From Octopus vulgaris (taxonomy: Eukaryota): a stretch of DNA of 64,000 bases. The translations under genes were made by a program, and so were the position numbers. Positions within the stretch are counted from its first letter, which is position 1. Each line of letters opens with the position of its first letter. Location of the stretch: NCBI GenBank assembly GCA_951406725.2, contig OX597818.1, forward strand, positions 70,742,001-70,806,000, read 5' to 3'. Under the pieces are notes generated by a model that saw only the letters and a list, made by a program, of their open reading frames with translations, was not told the origin of the DNA and made no database searches. Of the stretch, positions 27,801 through 40,362 are shown in pieces.

Positions 27801-28679
27801 AATAAATAAGCAATTTTTCTGTGAATCACAATTGACATTGCAGTATAAGATGAATGTTTCCATGCTGGTATGAAAGTGTGAAATCATGTTGAAACCAAAT
27901 AATTCTGAATGCATGTAAAGAATAGCGTATCTTTAATAGTGATGTCATATATTTTCTGTCTGAACAAATAAAGAATGTCTGTGCTGGTAAAGACAAGCCT
28001 TAAAATTATGTTAATCCAATATAAGAAGTTAATTTAATATAAGACTTTCACCTACAATTATTGTCTAGGTGTATTTTGGCCGAGTATACTAATTATTTCA
28101 CCTGACAGTTATCATCAAGTAGTCAATTGTTATAGTCAATGCAGCTATAGAAAGATGAAGAAGGTGAATTAGTTCTTCCAGAGAATTTTATTGCATTCTA
28201 ATTGTTCACGAAACTTGAAAAGTTTTTACAGGAATCAAAGCTAACCTTAATAAAATTTCGGTTAAATATTTTCTGGTTTGCTGAAATGTGAAGTGAAATT
28301 AAATTAAGGAACACTTTAGCTATGTTTGTTGTATCACATTCAAACTACATATTGGATTATACCACAAGATTTTGTAGTCTATTTTTATATATTGAGATAT
28401 TTGATACGGGTAGTTATTGTATTTCATCTGAGTAGTCACTATTTCAGAGGACTGTTTTCTAATAATGTGAATCATTGATGAATGTGATCTAATCAGAATA
28501 GAATTAGGATATTTGCTTACTAATATCAAGAATGGAGTTATATAAAATTATATGACAGGTGATTGAAACTGAGTTCAACTGGGGTTGTTATACAAATCTA
28601 TAGTTTGCAGATAAACCTCAATTGCGTTGCAGTCAGCTTTGTGGGGGGTTTCTAAAAATGGAAATTTGTATGATGTCTT

Positions 28680-29085
28680 TGTGGTTAAGAAGCTTGCTTC
28701 CCAAACACATCATTTAGGGTTCAGTCCCACTGCTTGACACCTTGGGAAACTGTCTTCTATCATAGCAATAGGCCTACCAAAGCCTTGTGAGTGAATTTGG
28801 TAAATAGAAGCTGAAAGAAATCTGATGTGTATATATGTGTGTGTGTATGTTTATGTCTCCTTCTCTTGAAATTTCAGGATAGTTGCGAATGAGTGTCACC
28901 CTCATACAAGTAATGCCTTTTATTTCTAATATTTTGTGCAAATGTGTCTGCCTATGAGAGAAAATATTACCTCCCTTGGAAACAGATGGAGGAAAGGTAT
29001 CCAGCTGTAGAAAATCTGTCTCAGCTAGTTCCGTTTGATCCATGCATGCATGGAAAAGTGGATGCTAAGATGATAATGATGATGG
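28680..29085 (+). mobile_element. SINE family A head with RTE-type tail (A2)
   Basis: Family A head GTGGTTAAGAAGCTTGCTTCCCAA. Tail ATCCAGCTGTAGAAAA..CCATGCATGCATGGAAAAGTGGATG.TAA(GAT)n. Confidence 0.75.
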
Positions 29086-29579
29086 TAATACACACACACA
29101 CACACACACATTATACATGTCAGTTTCAAGGATGATATTGAGAAATTTAGTCAAAGCTACTCATTGATTCACCATGTGAGTGGCTGAGTATTCCATAGAC
29201 ATGTTTACTCTTCGTATAATTTTTAGGTAGAATCAGTACTGACACAGTCTGTAGAATGACTGAATTCCATGCCTCTTTCATCTCAGAAACATTAAGTGCG
29301 AGCACACACCATTATCCATTCAAACACATTTCTCACCCACAGCATCTCTATTCCCTCTGATACTCTGCTTTGTAATCCTGAACATGTCATACTTTCGGTT
29401 CTCATGCTGCCTAATTTTTGGCAAATCTACTTTCTACTTCTTCCTTAACAATGTAAACCTCTCACCTGGCTTCCCTTTTGGTTACCTGATATAATTCTCT
29501 GCTAAAAGCTTTTTTCTACTTTTTCCCAACCTGTCTCTTTACTTTTGTAGCACTGACTTATCTCCACCTCCTCGTTCCA

Positions 29580-30340
29580 ACATCATGTCATCCTGCTTCA
29601 ACTGAAGGTTTGGTCTGTAGTCCTCAATAGGTTGTCCTGCAGGAACTTCCGGTTGTCCTCTATGTTATATATCACCAACTCCTCCACCTTGTGAGATGGT
29701 TCTAAATTTCTGCCAATTTTCTGGTTCTTTGAGCTTCCATAACCTCCTTTTCTAGATTGGTTTGTTTCACTAATACTGAAATCACTATGTCGAGTTGTAC
29801 ATTCTTAACCTGGGGAAGACTTTGCATTTACAAGCATCTGCCTGTCTCATAGTAAGGTGAGGATGTAGTCAATCTGGTTTGTGTGTTCACCAGATTGATA
29901 CATGATCTACTGGCTGGCTGGTTTCTAGAGGTCAGTGTTGCAGATTTTCAGGTCATTTACATCCCAGAACTCCAGTAGCCTTGTTCCCTCCTCGTTTCTA
30001 GAGCCAAAGTTGTAACCTCAGTGCACACTAAGAAATCCATGGCAGTGTTGCCCAACATGTCCTTCGAAGTCACAATAACAAAGTCTCTGTCATTTTTTTT
30101 TTTTAGATAGACTGTGAAAGGACCTCATAAAATTGGTCCTTCTGATCATCTTCCAGCCAAGACTGTGGAGCATAGACAGAGATAATTGCAACTTGATTTA
30201 TCTAAGATTAGACTCAGTTTAATTATTCTATCACACAATCTGGACAACCTCATTTACCTTATCTACCCATTTTCTGTCAAAAGTATGCCTACATCACTCA
30301 CTCCATCACTGCTGTCGACCCAAAAGAACCTGAACCTCTG
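29580..30340 (-). mobile_element. Decayed RTE-clade LINE fragment (apurinic-like endonuclease region)
   Basis: Minus-strand translation gives DFEGHVG, FGSRNEEGTRLLEF..NDLKICNT and YQSGEHTNQIDYIL. These are APE-domain motifs, interrupted by many stops. Confidence 0.8.
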
Positions 30341-31089
30341 TTTCTTACAGAGCATTTCGCCCAGCATGCTAAGGATTTTGCCAGTTTGCTGCCTTTAAAG
30401 AGTCTACAAGAATCTATTGCTGTGCACTCAATTTGTAATATTTAATTCCTATTAGATGGATAATGAACTTACTAATTACATGGATGCGTTATCTTTTGTA
30501 CATTGAACTGAAAATTGGAAAGTGTACACAACATAAACCTAAACAAGATTCAATGACTACGTTAAAAGAAAACCAAAAAAAAAAAGGGATAGACATGACT
30601 AATTGAAGAGAACCGGCAGCAAACTGGAATGGTTAGTGGTATTCTTTGAAGAAAGGATCTTATGTGTTTGAGAGGAGGGCAGATTAAAAACGTCTTAGGA
30701 AAGAACACTTCGTTCCGAAGCTGTTTGATAATCTGATGCGCTGGAAGTGGCAGTGGTTCTTTGAAAGTAGGCTCTGTTAATCCTATGAAATCACACACAT
30801 ACAAACAATCTGTAGATACCTTCACTTCTGTGTAGTATTGTTGATAAAGTATTTAGCAAAGCTTATAAGCTCACCAGTGGACTAGAGAGGCATAGGGGGG
30901 GTGCACAAACAATGTCTTTCCACAGTCACAATCATAAAATCGTTCCTGTAACGATATTTATGGAGGTTGCTCTAGAACTTGCAAACCATCAGCTTGGCAG
31001 AGACAATTCAGAGCCAAGCACATGGCCATATGATTAAAGATTAACACATCATTATCAGCATCATCGTCATCATCATCATCATCATCGAC

Positions 31090-31240
31090 ATCATCATCAT
31101 CATTTAACACTTGTTTTCCATGTTAGCATAGGCTGGATATCTTGACAGGAACTGGTAAGGCCAGGGGCTACACCAGGTTCAATAGTCTACTTTGGTTTGG
31201 TTTCAACAGCAGGATGCCCTCCTAATGCCAACCACTTTGC
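31090..31240 (-). mobile_element. RTE 3'-tail repeat (family C)
   Basis: (CAT)n TTTAAC..TTTTCCATGTTAGCAT..GGCTACACCAGG..GGATGCCCTCCTAATGCCAACCAC. Confidence 0.65.
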
Positions 31241-31969
31241 ACACACTGACATACACACACACACACTGACACACACATACACACACACACACACACATCA
31301 GATAAAACAACATCTCTAACTCTGGCACCAGGAAAAATACATCTACTACAATTTATGAAGTTGTTGGTGCTAGGAAAGACATTTGTCCTTAGAAAACCTG
31401 CTAAATATGGAATGTACAAGTCAGATATGTTCCTCTGATGAGTCTCAGCATGCAGTGCCTCTTGATAAGAAATGACTTGGACTGTGATGACCTCTCTGAC
31501 CCATGACAGCATTAGAAAAATCAATGTAAAATTATGATGAGTGTACATATATAAATACACACACACAGAATATACACCTATTGATCCTGAGCAGATGCTG
31601 CTCATTGCCATCTAATTATTTCGTTTTCACCTGTTTATAGGAAACTTCTGATGAGTTAGTTAGGCTACAACAAAATGAATTCAAATCTATCGCTATTTCA
31701 GATAAAACCATCATCTTACAAAGAAATAATTAGTCTGACCTCATTAACCTTGTAACAAGTGATGTATTCAGTCATAGTTGCCTGTTTGAGTGCAGACTTA
31801 GAAAGTTTACTTTACAATCACAGGATGAAAGGTTTGGTCTAGCCCTATGCTATCTTGGGCATCTGTTTTAGCTTTTGGCTGACTAATGCCTTATGATTGA
31901 AGACAATTGATAATAATTATGCTGAAACCCATTTTGTGTGTGTCAGTACACACAGATAAAAAAAAAAAA

Positions 31970-32250
31970 CTGGCGCTCCATTTGTTACGATGACAAGAGT
32001 TCCAGTTGAACCAGTCTGCTTGTGAAATTAATGTGTAAGTGGTTGAGTACTTCACAGACATGTGTACCTTTACTGTAATTCTGTTGGAGATCCATGAGAC
32101 AAAGGCTGGCCCCCTTTGAATGACAGGTACAACACATGTTTGCCAATAGAGGGAACTGGAGCAATAAATTGAAATAAAGTGTCTTGCCCAAGGATACAAT
32201 GTGTCACCAGGAATTGAACTTACAACCTTACAAGTATGAGTCAAATTTCC
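31970..32250 (-). mobile_element. SINE family D
   Basis: The reverse complement has B-box AGTTCAATTCC, TCCTTGGGCAAGACACTTTATTTCA and the family D 3' body. Confidence 0.75.
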
Positions 32251-33277
32251 CTCCATATGCATGTGTATGTGTGCACATGCGTTTGTTTATGTCTATCTTT
32301 ACTTAGCAGTTCAATCAACAGAGATGGATAAGATAAGTAGAAGACATCGAAATAAGTGCTGGAGTTGATACAACCAACTATAAACCTTCTAATATCTGAA
32401 ACAAGTAAAACAATAATAAAAGTTATACATCCAAGAAGACCTGAGAGAAATTGGCATCATCATCATCATCATCATCATCATCAGTAATGCAGACATCACC
32501 TGATGATCATTGCAAAGAATACCTATTGAAATACAAAGCAAATAAATGCAGTTACAATAAAGCTTTCTGGTTTGTCATGTAATCCTTCATGTCAAACTAT
32601 TTCAAACCTAATCACACCTGCTCAAATGACAAACACACATTTTGCCTATCAGCAACATCATCTGTGCTAATTAATCAAATAAAATTACTTAGTTGTGTTA
32701 TTTGAGTTCTTTTTTTGTTTGTTTTTCTAATGTTGCCAAATCCTTAAGCTGTATCATCATTCCTCAACCAAAAGACATGTTTCAGTGTTTTTACCAAATT
32801 TATACGAGAACTGCTCACAACTGGTGTTTGTTTTGTAGATTTTACTTAGAAACCTTGAATAATTATCAAAGAATGAATATAAAACAAACAAGAAACATAA
32901 AAACCACCATTCATAACAACTCATTTCTAAACTGATTAAAATCCTAAATTTTCTCAAAGTGTAAAAATATACAAAATCTAAAAGACAGCAGCAGCAGCAG
33001 CAGCAGCAGGGAAATATGAAACAACTTTGATAATGAAGCATTTCTAAAGTGATACAAATCTTACATTTCTTGTGAAGCTTTCTTCATCTCCATGGCAACA
33101 AGTGAAGAGTTTGTTCCTGGCAATTACTGTGAATTGTTTACAATTCCATAGAATACAAAGGCTGAGAGGAAAAATACAAAAATCAAAATCATTTAACTGT
33201 TCCTGGTCACCAATGTATTCTAAGACATATTTTCATCTTACTCTGAATATGTACATAGAACATTTTAAAATTTATCA

Positions 33278-33332
33278 TTATTATTATTATTATTATTATT
33301 CATATTATTATTATTATTATTATTATTATTCA

Positions 33333-33422
<90 letters not shown>

Positions 33423-33434
33423 TATTATTATTAC

Positions 33435-33473
<39 letters not shown>
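33278..33473. repeat. (TAT)n trinucleotide microsatellite, ~195 bp
   Basis: Seen directly. It produces the poly-Tyr ORF artefact. Confidence 0.97.
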
Positions 33474-34173
33474 AGTTATTGTTATTGTTGTTCTTATTTT
33501 ATTTCTGATTCAATGTGAAGAGACTTGTGTAAAGGTAGTCATCGTATATTTCCCCAAAGAGGTAAAATATTGATTGAGTGGAATGGATTCTATATCTGCC
33601 TGGAGAACCTTCACTGCTGTAACTGCTGCCACGGCACCATCTTCGATGTCTTCATTGCTGTTAACAGTGTAAAGTTGCAGCCTTAGGTTCTGCAGACACA
33701 ACTTGAACTCAAGTCAGCATTCGGTGCTGCCAAATCTAATTCTCAACCTCAAACGAAGATAACGGTGACTTACTTTTTGTTTCTGCCAAATAAATTTGAA
33801 AAAAAAACCCCCAATTAACCCCAAGCACCCCACCCCATCCACACAGACCACCTCCACCATCATCACAACCACCCAAAAAGAGCCAAAAAAACACAAGAAA
33901 TATTGCTAGAATTGACTTGCATCATTTTTGCTTTATAATAATACAAAAGTGATTCTGAACTGGCAAATCATTTCTAACTCGCAGCCAACAATGAAATGTT
34001 TCATTTTCACGAACCACTCTCGGAGTTACTATGTGGCCATTTGACCTGCTAAAAATAGAAGCCAAATCTCCATCCAATTACATCCCACTGTTTTTAAAAC
34101 AAAAACTAATCACAAATGAAAGAATGCAATCATAATGTCTACATGATAAAGTCACTTTACATATATGTATATA

Positions 34174-34237
<64 letters not shown>

Positions 34238-34568
34238 ATTGCTGCATTAATATTGTTTTATGTCATGTTGTTTCATCATTTTATCAAAATGCTTAGTTTG
34301 ACTTGACATGTCCCATGGAAGGTATCATCAGAACGTGCCTGTATGTCTAACTAAACTTGGATATAAACATAGTTGAGTACATACACATAAATGCGTACAT
34401 GTATGTGTCGAATTATATACATATATACACACATATCTGTGAATATATGAGATTTTACACGTGTATGTGTGTGTGTACCTGTCTGCATATGTAAATGTAT
34501 GTAGAGGCATAAGTGTAAGAGAGAGAATATACATATAGGTATATATGCACGAGTGGGGCAAATATGTA

Positions 34569-34600
<32 letters not shown>

Positions 34601-34644
34601 CATATGTTGTGATATATATGTGTGTGTGTACCATAGCCTTACTT

Positions 34645-34965
34645 GCACAGGTGTGGTTGTGTGGTTAAGAAGTTTGCTTCCAAGACACATGTTTTGGGTT
34701 CAGTTCCATCGTATGGCATCTAGGGTAAGTGTCTTCTGCTCCAGGATGTACCAAAGCTTTGTGAATGAATGTGGTTGGTGGAAACTGAAAGAATCCCATT
34801 GTGTATATGTGTATCCACGTGTATGTTTGTGTCTCCTTATCTTGACACCAAGTAATTGTTGTAACAGCTCCACTGTCATACAAGATGTGTCATTCATTTC
34901 CAATATTCTGTGATAAATCAATCTGAAAATAGGGAAGGCTTAATATTGCTTGGCAAGAGGTAAGG
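34645..34965 (+). mobile_element. SINE family A (A2-type body), degenerate
   Basis: GGTGTGGTTGTGTGGTTAAGAAGTTTGCTTCC..GGGTTCAGTTCCA..GGAAACTGAAAGAATCCCA. Confidence 0.7.
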
Positions 34966-35136
34966 TATGTCCTCTTCAGTGGTTCTCAGGGTTCTGGCAT
35001 TATCCTTGGTGTGGAAATGCTTTAATACTGAGAAAAGCATGCAAACTTCAACGACATTCAACAAGGCTTCATATCTGCAGCCTGATTGATTAGCAATGAG
35101 AACAAATCACATGATCAGAATATGAGCAGTGTGTCT

Positions 35137-35336
35137 TGACTGGTCTTAGAAATTTTTGTAGGTTCCCTGCAATGTCCATGTCTTAGTATCAAGTGATGAT
35201 GTTTGGCATTGTATGTTAAGGCTGTTTGGACATGTTCGGTCAACTGTGTCAGCCAAACATATGTCACCAAATATCATTACTTGATACTAACACACAGACG
35301 TAGCAGGGAACCTACTCAAATTTTTAAGACCTGTCA
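35137..35336. mobile_element. Fold-back/MITE-like hairpin with ~88-bp arms
   Basis: 35137-35224 pairs with 35250-35336 (GTAGGTTCCCTGC/GCAGGGAACCTAC; TTAGTATCAAGT/ACTTGATACTAA). Confidence 0.8.
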
Positions 35337-35614
35337 TGTGACAATCCTTTACTAATTAAATCTTATTCAAGACATTTACTAATTTGAGCCATGAACTCTC
35401 TATAAAAATAGGGTAAGCTTGAAACATTAGTCAGAAGCAAAACAGCTGCAACATAAACCCATGTCTTTCTATTTGAACTTTTTGAAAATCAGTGGAAACT
35501 GTGAAACCGGTGAAAGCTTTGAATATTTTAATAAAAATATTTTTACTATTCTCAGTGCATTTTCACCTTGTATTTTTCCAATATTTCTACCCAAATGGAA
35601 TAAAATAACTTTGT

Positions 35615-35699
<85 letters not shown>

Positions 35700-35706
35700 G
35701 TATACA

Positions 35707-36170
35707 TATGGTGGCTGCCCCCTTGTTATCGAGTGTGGGCATTGTGCGAAGCTTAATCAATGTTGTTATCATGCAATGCCTGTACAAGAAGATTGTTTTA
35801 AAGTGAGGAAAGGCTGTGCACCGAGTCAATCCCACTCACTAAGCAACAGCAGCCATAATCTGAAAAGAAGAACAAGTCAACATCATCGGTAACCACTGAG
35901 CCGCAGGTTTTATGCCGGAGTTATCCCAGTTACCTGAGCTACCTTCTCCAAGAAAGATTCCCTAACAAAGGCTAGGAGTCCTTCACTCCCAATGGTTTAA
36001 CTGCACGATCAGGTATTCAGTCCGATTATTTCTGTGTCCCCACGCATGATACAGCTTTAAGACATTTATTGGATGGCTGTTGACTCTCAAGAGTTCCTCC
36101 GCCTTTTGACGGGTTTTGTTTTTCATCCCGCAGGGTGTTCAATAAACACCCTCCTCACCAAGCAAGCTTG
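35707..36170 (-). mobile_element. Non-autonomous RTE-derived element, copy 1 (5'-truncated)
   Basis: Colinear with 39714-40362 over ~400 bp. Carries the RTE 5'-UTR-like motif GGAGAAGGTA.CTC and the 3' end CTCGATAAC.AGGGGGCAGCCA. Confidence 0.7.
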
Positions 36171-36203
36171 CTATATATATACACACACACATAAAGATAT
36201 ATA

Positions 36204-36384
36204 TGGGGTTGTGCCAAAAAGTTCCTGGCTTTGGGTAAAAAAAAATGAAGGAGGATCAGTTAATTATGATTTTATTCAACATATGCCCCTCTCAGACTCA
36301 CACACTTATTGCAGTGGTCCTTCAGCTTTTCTAAGCCCTGTAAAAGAACTCAGAAGGTTGCAATACCCTTAAAGCCAGGAACTT
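36204..36384. mobile_element. Mariner/Tc1-derived MITE
   Basis: Perfect 14-bp inverted repeat AAGTTCCTGGCTTT (36219-36232) / AAAGCCAGGAACTT (36371-36384). Mariner-like internal TTTTATTCAACATA..CACACTTA. TA at the left flank. Confidence 0.65.
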
Positions 36385-36567
36385 CGTATTTCATCTGCCG
36401 TTACGTTCTGAGTTCAAATTCCGCTGAGGTTGACTTTGCCTTTCATCCTTTCGGGGTCGATAAATTAAGTACCAGTTACGCACTGGGGTCGATGTAATCA
36501 ACTTAATCCCTTTGTCTGTCCTTGTTTGTCCCCTCTGTGCTTAGCTCCTTGTGGGTAGTAAAGAAAT
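36385..36567 (+). mobile_element. SINE family B, tail B2, head deleted
   Basis: Closely matches 16077-16256 from GTATTTC onward. Confidence 0.85.
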
Positions 36568-36924
36568 ATATATATATACACATACACACACACACACATA
36601 TATGGATTATCATTCGCACACCACCCACAAATCTTACATTTTTTTAAAGATTAAATTAAAAACCAAATCTGGTGTTACTTCATAAGTTAATAATTCAGAT
36701 TAAATTATCTTCCAATTCCTTGAATGTGCATGTTCCCTGCTGGCATGGCTTGCATATTACTTATATAATAAGAAGTTTGTACAGTAACACACATTTATTT
36801 CATTATTACATTGTTAACTACTACTTGATTGATGTGTCATAACAAGAGACTTACACTTACTAAAAGCAGGTGAGCAAATAAGATTTAAGCTGAGGTGATC
36901 ATGGAGGGCTGCTGTTACTCATAA

Positions 36925-37325
36925 TGTCAGTGTTGCCTTACTGGCACTCGAGCCCCATGCTAGTAGGGTATTAAGAGCACCATCCGAGTGTGATTGTTGC
37001 CAGAGCAGCTATCTGGCCTCTGTGCTGGTGGCACATAAAAGACACCATTCGAGTGTGATCATTACCAGCATCGCCTTACTGGCACCTGTGCCAGTGGCAT
37101 GTGTAAAAGATTCGAGTGAGGTCATTGCCAGTACCACCTGACTGGCCCTGTGCTGGTGACACGTAAAAGCACCCACTACACTCTCGGAGTGGTTGGCGTT
37201 AGGAAGGGCATCCAGCTGTAGAAACTCTGCCAGATCAAGATTGAAGCCTGGTGCAGCCATCTGGTTCACCAGCCCTCAGTCAAATCGTCCAAAAAAGCGG
37301 ATGTTAAACGATGATGATGATGACG
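36925..37325 (+). mobile_element. Family C element: ~60-bp internal subrepeats plus RTE 3' tail
   Basis: Repeated CCTTACTGGC / TCGAGTG.GAT..TTGCCAG / GTGCTGGTG.CAC.TAAAAG units. The tail aligns with 24510-24616 and ends TTAAAC(GAT)n. Confidence 0.8.
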
Positions 37326-38082
37326 AATGAAGCAGAAAGAGATCCGTGTCAAAGCTTCGTCTCATAGACTAGCATTGAAGAGAGAAGAGTATTTTTCTCT
37401 CATCTACTCAACATTAAGGAATGCTTTACTCAGATCAGATCTGAGTAAAGCATCCCTGAGCCCTTCTGATACCAGTCTGCCCCTTGTTCTGTGATACAAA
37501 CTTTCCATTTCTTAAGTGTTCTACATTAAAATAAGCCATCAAAACTATATTTGAAACACCAGGTTAGTAATGACAAAATTATTTTATCAAATTCTTCCTT
37601 AATTAAAACAAAGGTAATGCATTTCTATAAAAATATGATAACAAAAGGGCTTAAAATCCTATAAAGGCCTGTTGAGGGCATATAAATTATTTAGAGCAAA
37701 CATTTAATCATATTTCTTATCTTAAGGGCTCAGAAAATCAATGATAGAATTCTGTAGTGACTGGAACCCTTAACTCTGTCACAAGCTGTGTGTGATATTT
37801 TGTGTCACATGTTTCTTCATCCCACATAAACCATCTTAATAAACATCCTAATTTCCCCTATCTCCATCTCTACCCTCCCTCCCCCCACCATTAAATGAGG
37901 GAAATCTCTCCAACAATTTATATGGTGCACCATCAATACACAATGGAAAGTTATGAGATTCATGACAAAAGCAGGAAATTAAAGATATGAAAATAATGTT
38001 TTGAGGTGTTGAGGGTGAATGGGGGTGAGGGAATGGTATGTTGTGAGAAAGAAAGAGAGACAGAGTGAAAGTGTGTGTGTGT

Positions 38083-38125
<43 letters not shown>

Positions 38126-39114
38126 TGTGTGTGCATGCTTTTCCCTGGTTCTGGATGTCAGTTAAAACAACCTGGAATGAGAATAGATAAGACTGACTCG
38201 CTGACCTCTGACAGCTGTGGACTGTCAAAAGAAATATTTAAGTGTGAGATAACACCACGAAAGAGAAGTTGAACAAGTAGGACTGAGTGATGTTGATCAA
38301 TTGAGAGGCAAAAACAGCAGCAACAGTGTCCAGACACTTTGGTACCTAGAGCTGTGTGTGTGTGTGTGTGTGTGGTTGACATAGTCTGTGGGGTGGGAGG
38401 GGCTGCTGCTAGTCTTAGTCTACTTCTCTGCCATAAATATACACACTTTCTCTGTATATCATATGACCACAGCCTGGCTTAGTCTTGGGTTCACACAGGG
38501 TATTATTAGATCTGAAACCAAAATACTTCCAGATTATATTCTGATAATATTATATTAAATAAGATCCGAGTAAATCAAACACCAATCACCATTATTGGTA
38601 GGTGTGTAGCACCCACCCTGAATATCTACCTTCTTCTGTTGCTGTTATGGTCTGTTGATAGAATTAGTTCCGTAATTATTTTATAGAGTAATGATTTTGT
38701 GGTTATTTCTAGCAATTTCACTGTGGAAATTCCATTGTCAGCTTGAATGGTTTGGAGTTTGTGTTGTTTGTGCTCAAGAAAACAGGAAACCTGATTTGAT
38801 TGTGGAATAAGTGATGGCTTTCCTAAAAACAGGGTTACAGTTGTGATTGATTGAGTGGACAGTTTGAGACCTTCTCCTGACCATTGAGTGTTTGTGTCCA
38901 ATCAGTTGCCAAGTAATTCAGATCAGGTAGTCAGCCTGGGGTTTTAATCATCTCGTTTCTATCCTCAGCCCCAGTAAGGGAGTCCCTTAAAAATGGTCGA
39001 GGACACCTCTCACTAAACCATAAAAAAAAAATGAATAAAAATGTTGTAGGAAATCCACATACACACATGTATGTGTATACATGCAAATATGCAAGTGTGT
39101 GTGTGTGTGTGTGT

Positions 39115-39475
39115 AGGCATGGCTGTGTGCTTTAAGTAGTTTACTTTGCAATCGTGCAGTTTTGAGTTCAGTCCCATAGCAGAGACCTTGGGCAAGTTTC
39201 TTGTACTATAACCTAGGGCTGACCAAAGCCTTGTGAGTGATTTTGGTAGACAGAAATTAAGAAAAAGCCTGTTATTTATGTGTGTGTATGTGTATGTGTG
39301 TGTGCACGTGTGTGTGTGTGTTTGTGTATGAGTGTGTGTTTGTGTGTTTACATCTACACTTTTACTTGGAAAACTTGTAAGGCTGGGCATCAGGAAGAGC
39401 ATTCAACCATAAAATCCTTCTCTAAATATGTAACCATCTAACCCATGCCAGCATTGAAATACAGACATTAAACAA
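39115..39475 (+). mobile_element. SINE family A head with RTE-type tail (A2)
   Basis: GGCATGGCTGTGTG..GAGTTCAGTCCCA..CCTTGGGCAAG..GACCAAAGCCTTGTGAGTG. Ends CTAACCCATGCCAGCA..CAGACATTAAAC. Confidence 0.75.
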
Positions 39476-39713
39476 ATGAACATAAACATGGATACCAAGT
39501 AGGCCCAGTCGTTCTTTCTCTGGAACCCCTCACAGCAGAAGACTTTCCCTCAGGGTTGACCTACAGGGATTCAGGATAAGGAATAGTAGCAAAAATGATT
39601 GATGAGTGCCTGTAAAGCCCTAACTACTGACCCAGTAACATACACACACACACACAGCATACACACATGCATAAACACATGCATACAGATGCATACATAC
39701 ATACACACATACA

Positions 39714-40362
39714 TGATGGCTGCCCCCTCGTTATCGAGTATGGCCATTGCACGAAGCTTAACTGTTATTGGGGCTGTGATTGAATGCGACTTTTATTTGC
39801 TTTTTAAGGCCACAGCCAGCCATTCAGTTGAGACTCACAGCACCATCAACAATCATGAACAATGTTGTTATTGTGCAATGCTTGTGCAAGAAGATTTTTT
39901 TAAAGTAAGGAAAGGCTGTGCACTGAGTCAATCCCACTCACTAAGCAACAGCAGCCATAATCCGAAAAGAAGAACAAGTCAACATCATCGGTAACCACTG
40001 AGCCGCAGGTTTTATGTCAGAGTTATCCCAGTTACCTGAGTTACCTTCTCCTAGAAGGATGCCCTGACAAAGGCTAGGAGTCCTTCACTCCCAATGGTTT
40101 AACCGCGCGATCGGGCAATTCAGTCCGATTATTTCTATGTACCCGCGCATGATACAGCCTTAAGACATTTATTGGATGGCTGTTGACTCTCAAGAGTTTC
40201 TCCGCCCTTTGATGGGTTTTGTTTTTCACCCCGCAGGGTGTGCAATAATCACCCTCCTCACCAAGCAAGCTTGGTGGAGTTGCCGGTTTAGTTGCCAATG
40301 GCCTGAACATGCAACAGGTTGTACTGGGTTACATGTTACCAATAGCACTCGAAAGTGACCTG
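39714..40362 (-). mobile_element. Non-autonomous RTE-derived element, copy 2 (longer)
   Basis: Colinear with 35707-36170. The minus strand carries CTAGGAGAAGGTAACTC and several hairpins, and there is no RT or endonuclease ORF. Confidence 0.7.

Noticed and set aside
30562-30950. Unique-looking minus-strand ORF or exon
   Set aside because: No recognisable domain, weak splice signals and no supporting neighbouring exons.
33072-33518. 148-aa poly-tyrosine ORF
   Set aside because: Read-through of the (TAT)n microsatellite.
33510-33701. 63-aa minus-strand ORF with protein-like composition (EDIEDGAVAAVTAVKVLQADIE)
   Set aside because: Short, non-ATG start, no convincing splice acceptor and no motif I recognise.
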